Positions 1-11,210 of a stretch of DNA of 64,000 bases are shown one piece after another. Both the position numbers and the translations under genes were made by a program. Source of the stretch: a virus; the IMG/VR virus record IMGVR_UViG_3300035698_014711, positions 1 to 64,000 of that record; one strand, written 5' to 3'. Within the stretch, counting starts at the first letter, position 1. Each line of letters begins with the position of its first letter. Under the pieces are notes generated by a model. That model was not told the origin of the DNA. It saw nothing but the letters and a program-made list of their open reading frames with translations, and searched no databases.

Positions 1-3000
1 CCCTTAAGAACTTCACTTGAAGAAGGATATCCGTTAACCATCGGTCTGATTTGGCACTCAACAGGAATAATAGCATCTTTACTCTGGAAGAATGCTCTAA
101 TCTTTGTGATATAAACCCCAGTTGAGTTATCAACATAGAATGACTGAGCAATTGGGTCCCAATCAACACCACGAACACCATCAGGCGGCGGCCAATCAAA
201 CCCATCGTCGGTTTGTAGTGTAGGTGGTGCCGGCGGAGGCGGCGGAGGCGTAACTCTTACTTCCTGAGTTCCATTAGCAAAATAATAAGTCACACCTCTT
301 GAAGCTGAATTGTTTCTATTCTCAACAGTAATATCATAAAGACTGAATCTTCTTACACCAGTTGAGAATCTCAATGCATCAGTATTAGGAATAAAGAACG
401 AACCTTCAATAATGCCATTTGCATTGGAGATAAGAGCAGTAGGCCCTTCAGGGTGCTGAGTAAGATTTGAAGCACCAATCTGAGGATTAGTGTTTACTGC
501 AGCAAGTCTTGTGAATGTTTCTTCTCTTACCCAATCATCAATTCTTCTGCCGTCAAAGAATGCCCAATGTTGTGAATTAGGCAAAAGACCTTCAGCTCTA
601 AATGAGATTCTTCTTGAACGGATGAACGGGATAAAGATGCTATTGGCTGTTCTGCCGTTTGGAGCTCCTCTCTCCTGAATACCAAGGGTCTGAGTGATGT
701 TCCCTTGGTCATCAGGCTCGGTACCGAACCAGCCCCAGTTCACGCCGTCCCAGTTAAGATCAACTGTATCAAAGATTGAAGACACAATTTGGGCATCTCT
801 AGGTCTTAGAGTAGCTATAAGTTCGGCAAGAGTACCGCCGCCTGTAAAGCCTTCTGCATCAGTTAAGTCTGGTGAAGCAGCAATTGATCTTTCAATATCA
901 GAAACACCAAGAACAAACTCAGGGCCCCCTGTGATTGCTACTGGAGAAGTGATTACATCTCTCCATTCATCAGTACTCGGAGATAGCTCAATGTTGCCAC
1001 GATGATCAATCACAGAAAACGGGTTAATATTCTGAAGTCTAGAAGCTTTTGGTTGATCTAGAAATAGTTCTTCTGTATACTTAAGGAAGACTTTATCTCC
1101 TTTCAGAACAATGTTAGTAGAGAGATCAGAATCATAAAACATTCTTACATTTTTCTCACGGAAAGAAGGTCTTAATAACCCAACAGTAGGATCAATAGAA
1201 GCTCTATATTCTAGATTGTTTACATCTGAAGCCTGATGTGATTTAAAGTCATCAGTAAGGAAGCCAGCCTTTGTTCTAGAGAAGCCAGAGGAATCGAGTA
1301 CCTCGATACTTGCTGCAGATAGATCTAGCAAACTTAAGACTGCTAATTCTTCTACCTTATCAATTTTCTTATCTAGTTTGGCAATATCTCTCATAGTATA
1401 TCTTCTATTGTCGATATAGGACATAGAAAGGTCTTTAGTATTGAGAGTATTTGGGCCTAATTGGATGTTATATAGATCCATTGATCTAGCAGGAGTTACA
1501 GGATATTTAGGATCAAGACTTGGAGTACCTTTGAGATATACAATTGAACCAGACTGATTCAGAATAAGCTTATCTTTTCTTCTGTTGTAGTAAGTAATAT
1601 CAGCAGTAACAAGATCTGTATTCTGAGGCAGTTCATTTACTCTTGCTGAGCCAGCGCTAAAGCCAGCAGCATCATCAGAAACTCTTGAACGGAAGTCAAA
1701 TACATCTCTAAGTTCAACCTTTTCACCATTCTGCATTCTATAAGATGGGATATCTTTATACTCAACTTGACCAGTATATGAGTTAACAGCAAAGAAGTTG
1801 CCATTTGTTCCGTGTTGAAAGTATCTGAACCGAACAAAAACATTACCTGTTGGAACATTACCGCCGCTGGTAAGCATCATTTTGCCTATACCATAGAAAT
1901 TATCTCTCTGACCATTGTCAAGGAAATAACATCCACATGTATCTTCACCATCAGAATCAACTAGAGTGATTCTAGACACGTCATAAATATCAGCCTTAGC
2001 AAGATCTAGATAAGCTTGGCCATCACCATCTGAGTCAATAGCAACTGTCACAGTTGTTTCAGTTAATGTTTTTGTTCTGAATGAACCAGAAGCTCCACCT
2101 TTATTGACAAGAGCAATTACTTTAACAGCTGAATTGAAAGGCATTGCAGTCAGTACTGCTGAAGCAGTGCCTGCCCCAGTAATTGCTGGAGAAACTACAT
2201 CACCAGATGAATCAACAGCTACAATCCACTCAGTTGTAGAGCCAAAAGTTTCGCCAGATGATGAAAGAGAAAGATTAAGCTCACCAGCACCATTAGTAGT
2301 ACCAGTAAATGATCTTTCAACATTAAGACTTACATCAGATATTGAGGAAGGCCTTGAGAGAGGGAGAGTAAAGAAAGCATCATTATTATTTGTTTCTTTA
2401 AGAACTGCAACACTATTTTCTAGAATTAAAGTACCATATTCAACATTACTAGCACCAATACTTCTTACAGTACGGAAATTCAATCCTGTATTCATACTTA
2501 TATCAAAGAGATAGATTCTGTAGGTAGCTCCATCAGCTTCAATGCCTCGTACTCTTGCTGTGCCGATAATCGAGCCGCCAGCAGTATCAGCATTATATAG
2601 ATTCCATTTCTCAAAAGATGATAGATCAGGTAGACCCTTCAGAAGAGAAACTTTAACATAATTGCCATAGTTGGCTGCAATAACTTCATTTTCTACTAGA
2701 GAAGTTGTGATTGGCTTAAGAACCTCAAGAGTAGAAGCTCCTGGATCAATTCTATAACCTTCAACATATCCGACACCTGGAGCAATATTTAAATTAAGTT
2801 TAGTGAGATCAGAATCATGATCTTCGAATTTAGAAATAAAAGGTTTTACAACATAATTACCTGATTCTTCTTTAGTACGTGTAGCCAATACGTCAAGTAA
2901 TACATTATAAGTACTATCTGATTTATTGATATTTACAATTTCACCATTGGTTATTTTAGCTATATAAACAAAGTTTTCATCAGAAGCAATATCAGCTTCA

Positions 3001-3764
3001 TCAATCAGAGTTAAAGTAATTCTATATCTGTCTGCACCTGGAGCTGATAGATTAGGAGTTTCACCAGAATTATCATAAAGAGACACATCATCAGTAGCAG
3101 TAACAATATCTTCTGTTACCTGAAAGCCTACTACACCAGAAGGAGTTGTGGTGTATTTACTGAAGACAATAGACTGAGCCTTTGCAAATACAAAGTGTCC
3201 TTGAATATAGAACTCTCCTGAACCAACACTGACTTTAGTGCCCTTACCAAAAGCAGGATTGCTTACTGTATTTGTAGTCTGAACAGTTAGAATTGTACCA
3301 GTTGTATCACCAACAATATTCTCAGCAGCTGTAAATGTCACAGCTGAAGTACCTGCAGAAGCTGCATTAGAATCAGTATATTGGACATAGATTGTAGCCG
3401 GATCAGAACCAGCAGGCACAATTTCAAGGATTCTAGCTTTCACACCAGAAGTTGATCCTTCAAACGTTTCACCAACAATTGATGTCAGATCAGAAGGAAG
3501 AGTATTAGCGCTTGTATTCAGTTTAACAAATCTATGAGAAATGTCAATACCAACATTAGCAGCTGGATTAACTGAAGCTCCATCTTTGAAGATATTATCT
3601 CCAAATCTTTTCATTTCCTGATTAATAATAGTCTGCATCTGTGTAAGTTCGCGAGATTGCACATACCTACCATTATTGAAGAGTATCTGATAGAAATTAT
3701 CACTATCAGTATAATCGTCATTGTAATTTTGTTCGAAGAAGGCTTTTGTTAATTTTTGAGTCAT
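1..3764 (-). CDS. VrlC/DUF4815-like large virion (baseplate/tail) protein, runs off the window's left edge
   Basis: Absent from ORF track (no stop in window). ATG at 3764 reads MTQKLTKAFFEQNYNDDYTDSDNFYQILFNNGRYVQSRELTQMQTIINQEMKRFGDNIFKDGA, typical of this family; later APGADRY and DPIAQSF motifs. Confidence 0.85.
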   Translation of the reverse strand, partial: MTQKLTKAFFEQNYNDDYTDSDNFYQILFNNGRYVQSRELTQMQTIINQEMKRFGDNIFKDGASVNPAANVGIDISHRFVKLNTSANTLPSDLTSIVGETFEGSTSGVKARILEIVPAGSDPATIYVQYTDSNAASAGTSAVTFTAAENIVGDTTGTILTVQTTNTVSNPAFGKGTKVSVGSGEFYIQGHFVFAKAQSIVFSKYTTTPSGVVGFQVTEDIVTATDDVSLYDNSGETPNLSAPGADRYRITLTLIDEADIASDENFVYIAKITNGEIVNINKSDSTYNVLLDVLATRTKEESGNYVVKPFISKFEDHDSDLTKLNLNIAPGVGYVEGYRIDPGASTLEVLKPITTSLVENEVIAANYGNYVKVSLLKGLPDLSSFEKWNLYNADTAGGSIIGTARVRGIEADGATYRIYLFDISMNTGLNFRTVRSIGASNVEYGTLILENSVAVLKETNNNDAFFTLPLSRPSSISDVSLNVERSFTGTTNGAGELNLSLSSSGETFGSTTEWIVAVDSSGDVVSPAITGAGTASAVLTAMPFNSAVKVIALVNKGGASGSFRTKTLTETTVTVAIDSDGDGQAYLDLAKADIYDVSRITLVDSDGEDTCGCYFLDNGQRDNFYGIGKMMLTSGGNVPTGNVFVRFRYFQHGTNGNFFAVNSYTGQVEYKDIPSYRMQNGEKVELRDVFDFRSRVSDDAAGFSAGSARVNELPQNTDLVTADITYYNRRKDKLILNQSGSIVYLKGTPSLDPKYPVTPARSMDLYNIQLGPNTLNTKDLSMSYIDNRRYTMRDIAKLDKKIDKVEELAVLSLLDLSAASIEVLDSSGFSRTKAGFLTDDFKSHQASDVNNLEYRASIDPTVGLLRPSFREKNVRMFYDSDLSTNIVLKGDKVFLKYTEELFLDQPKASRLQNINPFSVIDHRGNIELSPSTDEWRDVITSPVAITGGPEFVLGVSDIERSIAASPDLTDAEGFTGGGTLAELIATLRPRDAQIVSSIFDTVDLNWDGVNWGWFGTEPDDQGNITQTLGIQERGAPNGRTANSIFIPFIRSRRISFRAEGLLPNSQHWAFFDGRRIDDWVREETFTRLAAVNTNPQIGASNLTQHPEGPTALISNANGIIEGSFFIPNTDALRFSTGVRRFSLYDITVENRNNSASRGVTYYFANGTQEVRVTPPPPPPAPPTLQTDDGFDWPPPDGVRGVDWDPIAQSFYVDNSTGVYITKIRAFFQSKDAIIPVECQIRPMVNGYPSSSEVLK

Positions 3765-3773
3765 TTTAAACCG

Positions 3774-5117
3774 TTATAGTTGAATTACTAATTTAATATC
3801 TTCAGTCTGTGAAGCAGACCTAGTGATCGGCGCAGCATTACCAAGATAAAGAACTTCACCTGAGAAAGGGTTGATGTCTGCAGAGTCCAGACTTAAGACG
3901 GAGCCAGAAGCACCGCCTGATGCAGTAATAACAGTACCCACATCAGAATCAAATTTGCCATAGCCAGTAGTATATGTTTGATGATAATAGATAATATCTG
4001 AATCTATGTAATCAATAATAGCTTGTGAGCTCGAATTGTTTCCAGTAAAGATTTGATTAGCAGTAAAAGAACCAGCCTGTGCAGCTGTAGCTACAATGAT
4101 GCTTTTTAAAGCAATACCTGTACCAGTTTCATATAAGATACCAGCATTTGTTTTAATGTTTTTAATAATCATAGTCTGACGAAAATCATTATCAACAATG
4201 AATTTACCTGCCTCAGTACCAGTAGGTTTTGTGTTGAACATCACAGCAGTTGCTCTAAGATCAACAATAGGATTTGCTCCCATTCCTGAATCTAGGTCTG
4301 CATAGATTGGCTTAACTGAGGCTCCAGAGCCACCGCCGCCTGTCAGAACTAATCTGGCATTTAGATAATCGGCTCCATGTAAAATAGTAGTATCAGAATC
4401 ACTCAATTCAATTTTTACTACTTGACCGGAAGAAACAAATGCAACTGCTGATGCATTAGTACCGCTTCCTTCAATAGTAATGCTTGGGGCTGATGAGTAT
4501 CCTGTGCCTCCTGAGATAACTTCAGCACCTATAATCTGGCCAGACACTGCTGCATCTTGAACATTTTTCTGAACAGTATCAAAAACAGTATCAGCTGAAT
4601 CAATATATTTGACAGGCATAAAGTTACCGGAAAGCCATAATGCTGCATCAATAGCTGAGATAGTATAGAGGAATTTCCAAACATAACCATCAGCTGTTTT
4701 GAATGAGCTATTAGATTCACCACTGGGAAGAATAGTTGAGACAACAGCTACACCGGCAGCATTTTTACCTTGTTGTAAACAGATATAAACGTTTCTTGTG
4801 CTAGTTAAAACATAATAAGCAGGTGTTGTGTGACCTTCAGCATTATCGGAGAAGGCAGAATAGATAGTACCGGCAGACCAATCAACTCTAGGAACAACAT
4901 ACGAAAAGTCTTCTGCTGATTTAATAGATTGCATGGATTCTCTTGCTTCACGAATTGCTCTACCTGAATTTAAGGGAGCAACTACTGCATCTGAATCACC
5001 CCAGATTTCAGATTTACCGATAGCAATATAATAACGTTCTGTAGTAGCTGCTAAATCAGTACTCAGCATATAAAGTAGATTTTTCTTAAGAGTATTAGTG
5101 ATGATTGTATTAGCCAT
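3774..5117 (-). CDS. baseplate wedge subunit gp8-like
   Basis: VVPRVDW..GTIY, VYICL, TADGYVWKFLYTI and C-terminal QTEDIKLVIQL motifs. Confidence 0.85.
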   Translation of the reverse strand: MANTIITNTLKKNLLYMLSTDLAATTERYYIAIGKSEIWGDSDAVVAPLNSGRAIREARESMQSIKSAEDFSYVVPRVDWSAGTIYSAFSDNAEGHTTPAYYVLTSTRNVYICLQQGKNAAGVAVVSTILPSGESNSSFKTADGYVWKFLYTISAIDAALWLSGNFMPVKYIDSADTVFDTVQKNVQDAAVSGQIIGAEVISGGTGYSSAPSITIEGSGTNASAVAFVSSGQVVKIELSDSDTTILHGADYLNARLVLTGGGGSGASVKPIYADLDSGMGANPIVDLRATAVMFNTKPTGTEAGKFIVDNDFRQTMIIKNIKTNAGILYETGTGIALKSIIVATAAQAGSFTANQIFTGNNSSSQAIIDYIDSDIIYYHQTYTTGYGKFDSDVGTVITASGGASGSVLSLDSADINPFSGEVLYLGNAAPITRSASQTEDIKLVIQL

Positions 5118-5126
5118 TTATATGCC

Positions 5127-6122
5127 TTACGTTATTGATTTGTATTGATCTGAATCACCGTGAAGAAACCAATTAGTACCTTCCCAGATAAATTCAGCAA
5201 GGCCGTATTGCTTTAGACCTAAAGAAGTACCGTTAGCAAAATTCACTGGTGTGATTGTTGCAATACCTGCGCCTTTATTCAATACCTTTTTCATTTCGCC
5301 TACGGCTGTACCGTCAGCTAAAGTCATACTGATGGCTGTGCCGGAATTCATAATGCTTAACGGCACAGAAAGAGAGATTGCACCTGATGAAGCATTAGTT
5401 AAAGATTTCAGAGCAAGTTTAGACTCAACAATTAATGCACCAATGCCTTTTGTTCCTATCTTTAGATCAACATTAGTATTGGTGCCTGTAGAAGTAATAG
5501 AAGGGCCGTTACCAGTAGCACCATTAGTTATATTTATTCCATTTACAGCTGATGCTGTAGCAGTGAATTGAATCATTCCAGCGCCATTAACATCATTCAA
5601 AGAACCGCTGATATTAGCATCAACTAGAACTGCACTTTGAAGAGTTTTATTTACCAAAGTCTGAGCAACCCCTAGAAACACAAATGTGTCAGAATCAGCT
5701 AGGGCTGGAATTCTAATATTTGTGTCAGAATCAATAGATCCATTGGGTGTCACAATAAAGTTAGCTGAACCTGAAACTAATTGAGGTAAAGACATAATTG
5801 GTTCTATTAATGTCTTTTTAAGTAAAGTCTGCGCAGTAGTGGTGAGAATCAATTCGCCTGATGAATCTGGAATTGTTACTATATTATCAGCTGTTGGATC
5901 AACAGCCATAAGGCTTGTTTCAAATGTATTAGCCGAAACGCCCTCAAAGACAAGAGCATCAGCTTCAATTCTAATTTCATTGGAGATTACATTAGAATCA
6001 CCACCAAGAAAAAGCCACAGTGCAGCAAAGTTAGAGTTAACTTTTGTTCCAGTCTGGTAGAGATTATCTCCAGTTCCGTCATTTCTGACAACACCTGTAT
6101 TAATTATTGCTCTTGAAGACAT
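5127..6122 (-). CDS. baseplate wedge tail-fibre connector, gp9/gp10-like N-terminus
   Basis: N-terminal INTG..RNDGTGDNLY..GTKVNSNF motif; synteny. Confidence 0.75.
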   Translation of the reverse strand: MSSRAIINTGVVRNDGTGDNLYQTGTKVNSNFAALWLFLGGDSNVISNEIRIEADALVFEGVSANTFETSLMAVDPTADNIVTIPDSSGELILTTTAQTLLKKTLIEPIMSLPQLVSGSANFIVTPNGSIDSDTNIRIPALADSDTFVFLGVAQTLVNKTLQSAVLVDANISGSLNDVNGAGMIQFTATASAVNGINITNGATGNGPSITSTGTNTNVDLKIGTKGIGALIVESKLALKSLTNASSGAISLSVPLSIMNSGTAISMTLADGTAVGEMKKVLNKGAGIATITPVNFANGTSLGLKQYGLAEFIWEGTNWFLHGDSDQYKSIT

Positions 6123-6170
6123 TTCTGTTCCTATATTCCATATTTATATTTATTAAAACTATTGATCAAA

Positions 6171-7079
6171 TTAAGAAAGATCGTTATTAGAATCATATCT
6201 TGCCATATCAAATGTTTCATACGTGTTAGACATATCAGGAGCTCCAGCAGAATCAGCATCCATTGTAATACTGTTAGCTCCACCGAATAGACTGATTGAG
6301 CCATACTGATTGGAGATATCTTCTATTGATGAAGAATCAAAGTAACTAATTGTTTTCAGAGCACTCATTCTTGTCATTATTGTATCACTATCTACAGGGT
6401 AACTGCTATCAGGTAACAATGTGATATCCACCATAGGTGACAATTGAGTAATTGTGCTAGTAGTTTCAACTGTGACAAAATCAACGCTCGCCTCAGAAAT
6501 AGGGCCAGTTAAGACAATCTGGCCTGTTCGTTCAATCAGAACTTCTGAGCCTACCCAGAATCCTGCAGGATGAACAAAAATTCTATAAAGATCAGCCCAT
6601 TCTTTTTGCTGAACATCAGACTTGATAAGTACTGAATGAATTTGCCATCTATCATTATTGATAATTCTAAAGCCGTACTCAGGGCCTACAAGAGAAACAC
6701 CAACTGTGAAGATTTCTTCTTTAGGATATGAAATAGTAGGTTCTGTATTGAAGAAACTTCTGAAAAACAGCTGAGCAGAAAGAGGAGTACCTTTTGATCT
6801 AACTACAAGAGAAATAATCTTAGCAATAAGAACTGGATCAGAGAAGATATTACCTCTGATTGAATTACCTACCTCAAAAAAGATATTATCAATTCTGTCC
6901 AAACTAGTTTCATCTAAAAGTCTTAAAGAAAGAATATCTGAGTGGGTATTATGTAAACCGCCTGGTGCTTCATAATACTTTTCTAGGAACTCAACAAGAT
7001 TGGGATAATCCTCTGAGAACCTAGAAGGCAAAATATTTCTGACTTGTGGCTGAGATATAACCAGATTAGTTGCTTGCAT
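6171..7079 (-). CDS. baseplate wedge protein gp7-like
   Basis: DYPNLVEFLEKYY, SKGT, VHPAGF motifs; follows gp6. Confidence 0.7.
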   Translation of the reverse strand: MQATNLVISQPQVRNILPSRFSEDYPNLVEFLEKYYEAPGGLHNTHSDILSLRLLDETSLDRIDNIFFEVGNSIRGNIFSDPVLIAKIISLVVRSKGTPLSAQLFFRSFFNTEPTISYPKEEIFTVGVSLVGPEYGFRIINNDRWQIHSVLIKSDVQQKEWADLYRIFVHPAGFWVGSEVLIERTGQIVLTGPISEASVDFVTVETTSTITQLSPMVDITLLPDSSYPVDSDTIMTRMSALKTISYFDSSSIEDISNQYGSISLFGGANSITMDADSAGAPDMSNTYETFDMARYDSNNDLS

Positions 7080-8917
7080 TATAGAATGTTTCTTCTATTT
7101 TCATAATCGACATAAGTAATTACTTCAGATAGATCATCATCATATTTGATTATATAATTACGCAAAGGTTTTATTAGAGACTGATTTGCCGGGACAGCAT
7201 TTAGCTTAATGTAATCAACTGCCGCTAGAATCTTTGAAGTTTTAAATGCAGTAAGATTTACTTCGCCTGTTGATGAAGTAAATGATCCTATGTTATCTAC
7301 TACAACAGTTTCAGAGTTATCAAGAATCTGTAATTTATTTGTTCCAAGTTTATTTTTAATAGTACAGATCTTTGTGTCATAAGTGAATTGTGAAGAAGTC
7401 AGTACATGATTAACATCATCAGGTACTGTTATAGTAGTAGGAAAAATAAGCGTATATGATTTTTGTACATTCAAAGTAGGAGTAAATCTTTGTTGCATTT
7501 TTACAGTAAGATCTGAGCTCAAGTTAGCAGGGCTATAATCATCAATAAGATTCAACAGAATAGATTTTCTAAATGTCTTATTAAATGCATTCAAGTTATA
7601 TGTGAAGTAAGATATAATTACATTATTGATATTATTCTTCATCAGTTGTGCTGTAATTGAAGAAAGATTAGGATTAAAATAGAAAGAAGTAGACAGAACC
7701 AAATGAGTATCAATAGGATCTACAAACTTTGGAGTTATAGATAATACAGAAAGCGGATCAAGAAGATCTGCTTTAATCTCACTTTTTATTGAGGTTTTGC
7801 TATTATCAGATGTGTTATCAGGAAAGACAAGAGAAATATAGGCAGAACCAAAGTCAACTGGATCATTATCCTCTCCGCCCCAAGAAGCAACATCATTAAC
7901 ATATTCACTATATTGAGAAAGTATTTGGCTTTTATAATCTTGAGCTGTAACTATTCTTTTCTGAGAATTATAATTAAGAGGTGCAATTTGTCTAATTTTA
8001 TCAATTGCTTTTTTATCAGCACCACCTGATGATTGACTCACAGTCAGAACACTAACTGGATGTTCATTTCCATCAACAGTAATTGAATTATTCATCGAAA
8101 AGACTTTTGCATTATTACCAGCAATTCCTGATGATCTCAGATAGAAACAGACAATAGAATTGCCAGCAGTAGGCTTGAGGCCTAAGCTAATACCTGAACC
8201 GAATATAAGTTCGAAGTTACCATTAGCTGCTTCTTTAAGAATGTAGTTTTTACTACTTGAGTCAATAGCAATAACTGAAGAAATATTCTTATAAATATCG
8301 TAATTAGTAGCTTGAGGAGAAGGATAAACTCTTACTGAAGCACTTGTCATATCCATATTTTGATCTTGAATCACATATACTTGAGACTCTGCTGAGTTTT
8401 CAACATAGAATGTTTTGGATAATAATGTGCCTTCTTTAATTGATATTTCATTCTCGCCTTTAGAATTCTTAAATTGGAAAAATCCATATCCGTCATCAGT
8501 AGCCGAACATGTCTCAACAGTCTGAAATGTATAAGAAATATCATCAATTGAAGTTGTGAATAATTCACCAGCTAGAAGAGTTATACTGACAGGTCTACCT
8601 GACTCAGAACTCAAGTCTACAGACATTGAGATCTTTGCTTGCGCTGAATTTCTTGAAGTCTGGTAATACCCAAGTGAAGCTGCATGCGAAACAACTGAGC
8701 CTCTGATCTGTGCGGTTTCGAGAAACGCTTCATTCAAAGAGACGTTGTTAATTAAAGCATTATAATGAGTATTATAAGCTAAGACATCTAGAATATTAGC
8801 AAGAGCAGAACCTTCAAAATCATAATCCGTAAACTCATCACTTCCGCTGAAGAAAGTTTTCAGAGAGGTTCTGATCTGATCGAAATCTAAGTCGGTTGAG
8901 TGAACATTTGTTGTCAT
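7079..8917 (-). CDS. baseplate wedge subunit gp6
   Basis: LDFDQIR..LK, DYDFEGS, LAYNTHYN, RIVTAQDY, WGGEDNDP. Confidence 0.92.
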   Translation of the reverse strand: MTTNVHSTDLDFDQIRTSLKTFFSGSDEFTDYDFEGSALANILDVLAYNTHYNALINNVSLNEAFLETAQIRGSVVSHAASLGYYQTSRNSAQAKISMSVDLSSESGRPVSITLLAGELFTTSIDDISYTFQTVETCSATDDGYGFFQFKNSKGENEISIKEGTLLSKTFYVENSAESQVYVIQDQNMDMTSASVRVYPSPQATNYDIYKNISSVIAIDSSSKNYILKEAANGNFELIFGSGISLGLKPTAGNSIVCFYLRSSGIAGNNAKVFSMNNSITVDGNEHPVSVLTVSQSSGGADKKAIDKIRQIAPLNYNSQKRIVTAQDYKSQILSQYSEYVNDVASWGGEDNDPVDFGSAYISLVFPDNTSDNSKTSIKSEIKADLLDPLSVLSITPKFVDPIDTHLVLSTSFYFNPNLSSITAQLMKNNINNVIISYFTYNLNAFNKTFRKSILLNLIDDYSPANLSSDLTVKMQQRFTPTLNVQKSYTLIFPTTITVPDDVNHVLTSSQFTYDTKICTIKNKLGTNKLQILDNSETVVVDNIGSFTSSTGEVNLTAFKTSKILAAVDYIKLNAVPANQSLIKPLRNYIIKYDDDLSEVITYVDYENRRNIL

Positions 8918-8919
8918 TA

Positions 8920-9366
8920 TTATCTTAACCTTGAAATGTATGTCTGCACAGTTAACTCTGTAGTGGAATTTTTGATATTAAAGACTAATTTAACAGATAC
9001 TTCATTACTGTCTTGACGAGCATTAACTTCTATATCAATAATATTTACTCTTGGTTCATAATTCTTAATAGCAGTTCTGATAATGTTCTTAATAATAGTA
9101 TTGCTATTCTGATCATTGAGCTCAAAGAGTTGAGCTCTAATATTTGATCCGAAGAAAGGTCTAAATGGCTTCTCATAAAAATTAGTAAGAACAATATTGA
9201 GTACAGATTGTTTTACAGCTGCTGCGTCAGTCTTCTTATAAATGTCACCACTCGGTTTCGGTTTAAACAACAGATCTATATCCTTAAAGTCTCGAGACCT
9301 CGAGTTAATAATAGATCTGTTCTGTAGATTGCCGTCTTCAAGAGACAGTGATTTACGTATTGCCAT
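8920..9366 (-). CDS. baseplate wedge subunit gp25
   Basis: AVKQSVLNIVLTNFYEKPFRPFFGS, YEPRV. Confidence 0.92.
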   Translation of the reverse strand: MAIRKSLSLEDGNLQNRSIINSRSRDFKDIDLLFKPKPSGDIYKKTDAAAVKQSVLNIVLTNFYEKPFRPFFGSNIRAQLFELNDQNSNTIIKNIIRTAIKNYEPRVNIIDIEVNARQDSNEVSVKLVFNIKNSTTELTVQTYISRLR

Positions 9367-9374
9367 TTATATAT

Positions 9375-11210
9375 TTATAACATTATTTCAACTAATTCCG
9401 AAGCTTGGAGACTGCCATTATAATAAGTTTCAAGAGATCTATTAAAGGATCCAGCATAACTATCATCCAACTCAGGAAGCTCAATATAAACTCTTGCTCT
9501 GATAATACCGTCTGGGTCATAAGTATGATAGTCAAGTCTCAATTTATCAAAGTAAGCAAATTGGCTCCACTGGCGAGCCAAATCAAAAACCTTTGAGTTA
9601 TCAACTGTGCCGTTTTGATTTATGACTGTGTAAGAAATAGCTCTACCGTTTCTACCGAGATCAGCAAGAGAACCAGTTGCTACAGCTTCACCCTTTTCAG
9701 GTCTATAAATTCCTTCATCAATAATGATTCTATGTTTCTTGAATAGTGCTGAATCGGCAAAATATGCTTGGACATGAAGATATTTTGCTACTTCAAGTCT
9801 TTCACCTCTTTGCATGTGGTCAAGTGAAGTCCGTTCAGTTGAGCTTCCGAGAAATTTACCCAGAGAAGAACGAGCTGAAACTTTAGTTGATCCGTCTAAT
9901 GTAAGATCATCCTGTAAAGCAATAGGATCATATGCAATCTGTCCTGTAAACGATTTCTTCGGCGCAGTATTAGAAGTGAATCTTCTTTTCTTAGAATCAG
10001 AACCAATAAGATCTTCACCTCTAATAGTCCCAGAGAATGTTCTACCCAATGCCTGAGGTATAACTCGAACAATAGAGCTATTTAATTTTCCCTCAGCAAT
10101 TTGAGTTTTCAAAAAATCAGCATTTGAAGAGTGATTAGTATTTCTCAATTTGGAAATTACTTGAGCCGAGGTTAGTGTTTTTGATGTAGCGTTTCCGTTA
10201 TCTGATGATCTATCTATAGAGTTCTTAATAGAATTATCAGGATCAATCTTTACCTTTGAAACACCAATTGAAGACTTATTAACAGCATCAGAAACAATGC
10301 CTGAAGTAGGCAGAACAGTAGCTGTATCAGTTCTAGCTGGAACAGAACCTCCCACAACAGCAAGAGGTGCGCCTAAAGCTCTATGAGACAGTTCAGCATA
10401 TTCTGCAACGCCAGTAAGGTCGCCGTGAAAGGTAGAAGCATAGGCTACCATTCCTGCTCCACCAATAGTTCCAACTGAACCTATAATAGTCATTGAAGGG
10501 GCACTCATGTTGAGAGACTGTGAAGAGAAACTCATACTGGACTCAGAACTCTGCTTAAGCACACCCGAAGCTGTTATGGATGCACTACCGTCAACGGCAA
10601 TAACGGTATCACCCTTAGAGAACAGCTTATACGAGCTTAGGTGTGTTTGCACAGTAGGACCTGCAACAATCATATTACGTGAGCCCTTCACAACTTCATT
10701 GCTATTTCCCATGATATAAGTCTGAGTAGAAAAAGCAATTGTTTCAGATTTAGATCCGCCAACAGTCACATTGTAATTTCCACCCACATCAACTTCATAA
10801 TCTCCATCAACTTTTAGCTTAAGAGATCCTTTGTAGTTCATTTCACCATTGCCTTCAACAATTAGCTTATGTGATCCTGCCACAATTTCTACTTTATTAC
10901 CTCCTGCAACAACAAGAATAGATCCATCGGGCCTAAATTCAATTCCAGCACCTGAGGAATGCTTAATAAGAATTCTCTCATTTCCAAGTGTATCATCATA
11001 CTCAGTTACATGCCCACCTGGAGTCTCGTTAGTTCTCACATTTGGATAAACTGAACCAGAACCCGGCTGTAATTCAAGATCAAGACCTTCAACAGAACCT
11101 CCAGTCTCTAATTCATGTCTGAAACCTCCCTGCGCGGATAAATTAAGAGAACTTTCACCTCGATAATCATCTCGAGGAAATTCACCATTTATATCTCTAT
11201 GATCGCTCAT
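9375..11210 (-). CDS. gp5 C-terminal part (beta-helix spike) with additional C-terminal domain
   Basis: YPN..TPGGHVTEYDDTLGNERI..H.SG motif followed by V.G repeats. Confidence 0.75.
   Translation of the reverse strand: MSDHRDINGEFPRDDYRGESSLNLSAQGGFRHELETGGSVEGLDLELQPGSGSVYPNVRTNETPGGHVTEYDDTLGNERILIKHSSGAGIEFRPDGSILVVAGGNKVEIVAGSHKLIVEGNGEMNYKGSLKLKVDGDYEVDVGGNYNVTVGGSKSETIAFSTQTYIMGNSNEVVKGSRNMIVAGPTVQTHLSSYKLFSKGDTVIAVDGSASITASGVLKQSSESSMSFSSQSLNMSAPSMTIIGSVGTIGGAGMVAYASTFHGDLTGVAEYAELSHRALGAPLAVVGGSVPARTDTATVLPTSGIVSDAVNKSSIGVSKVKIDPDNSIKNSIDRSSDNGNATSKTLTSAQVISKLRNTNHSSNADFLKTQIAEGKLNSSIVRVIPQALGRTFSGTIRGEDLIGSDSKKRRFTSNTAPKKSFTGQIAYDPIALQDDLTLDGSTKVSARSSLGKFLGSSTERTSLDHMQRGERLEVAKYLHVQAYFADSALFKKHRIIIDEGIYRPEKGEAVATGSLADLGRNGRAISYTVINQNGTVDNSKVFDLARQWSQFAYFDKLRLDYHTYDPDGIIRARVYIELPELDDSYAGSFNRSLETYYNGSLQASELVEIML

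Noticed and set aside
222-250. GC-rich ggcgga repeat
   Set aside because: Encodes a poly-proline linker in the VrlC-like protein.
490-2514. Plus-strand and short minus-strand ORFs
   Set aside because: Shadows of the long minus-strand VrlC-like gene; the same applies to most plus-strand ORFs in 21-64 kb.
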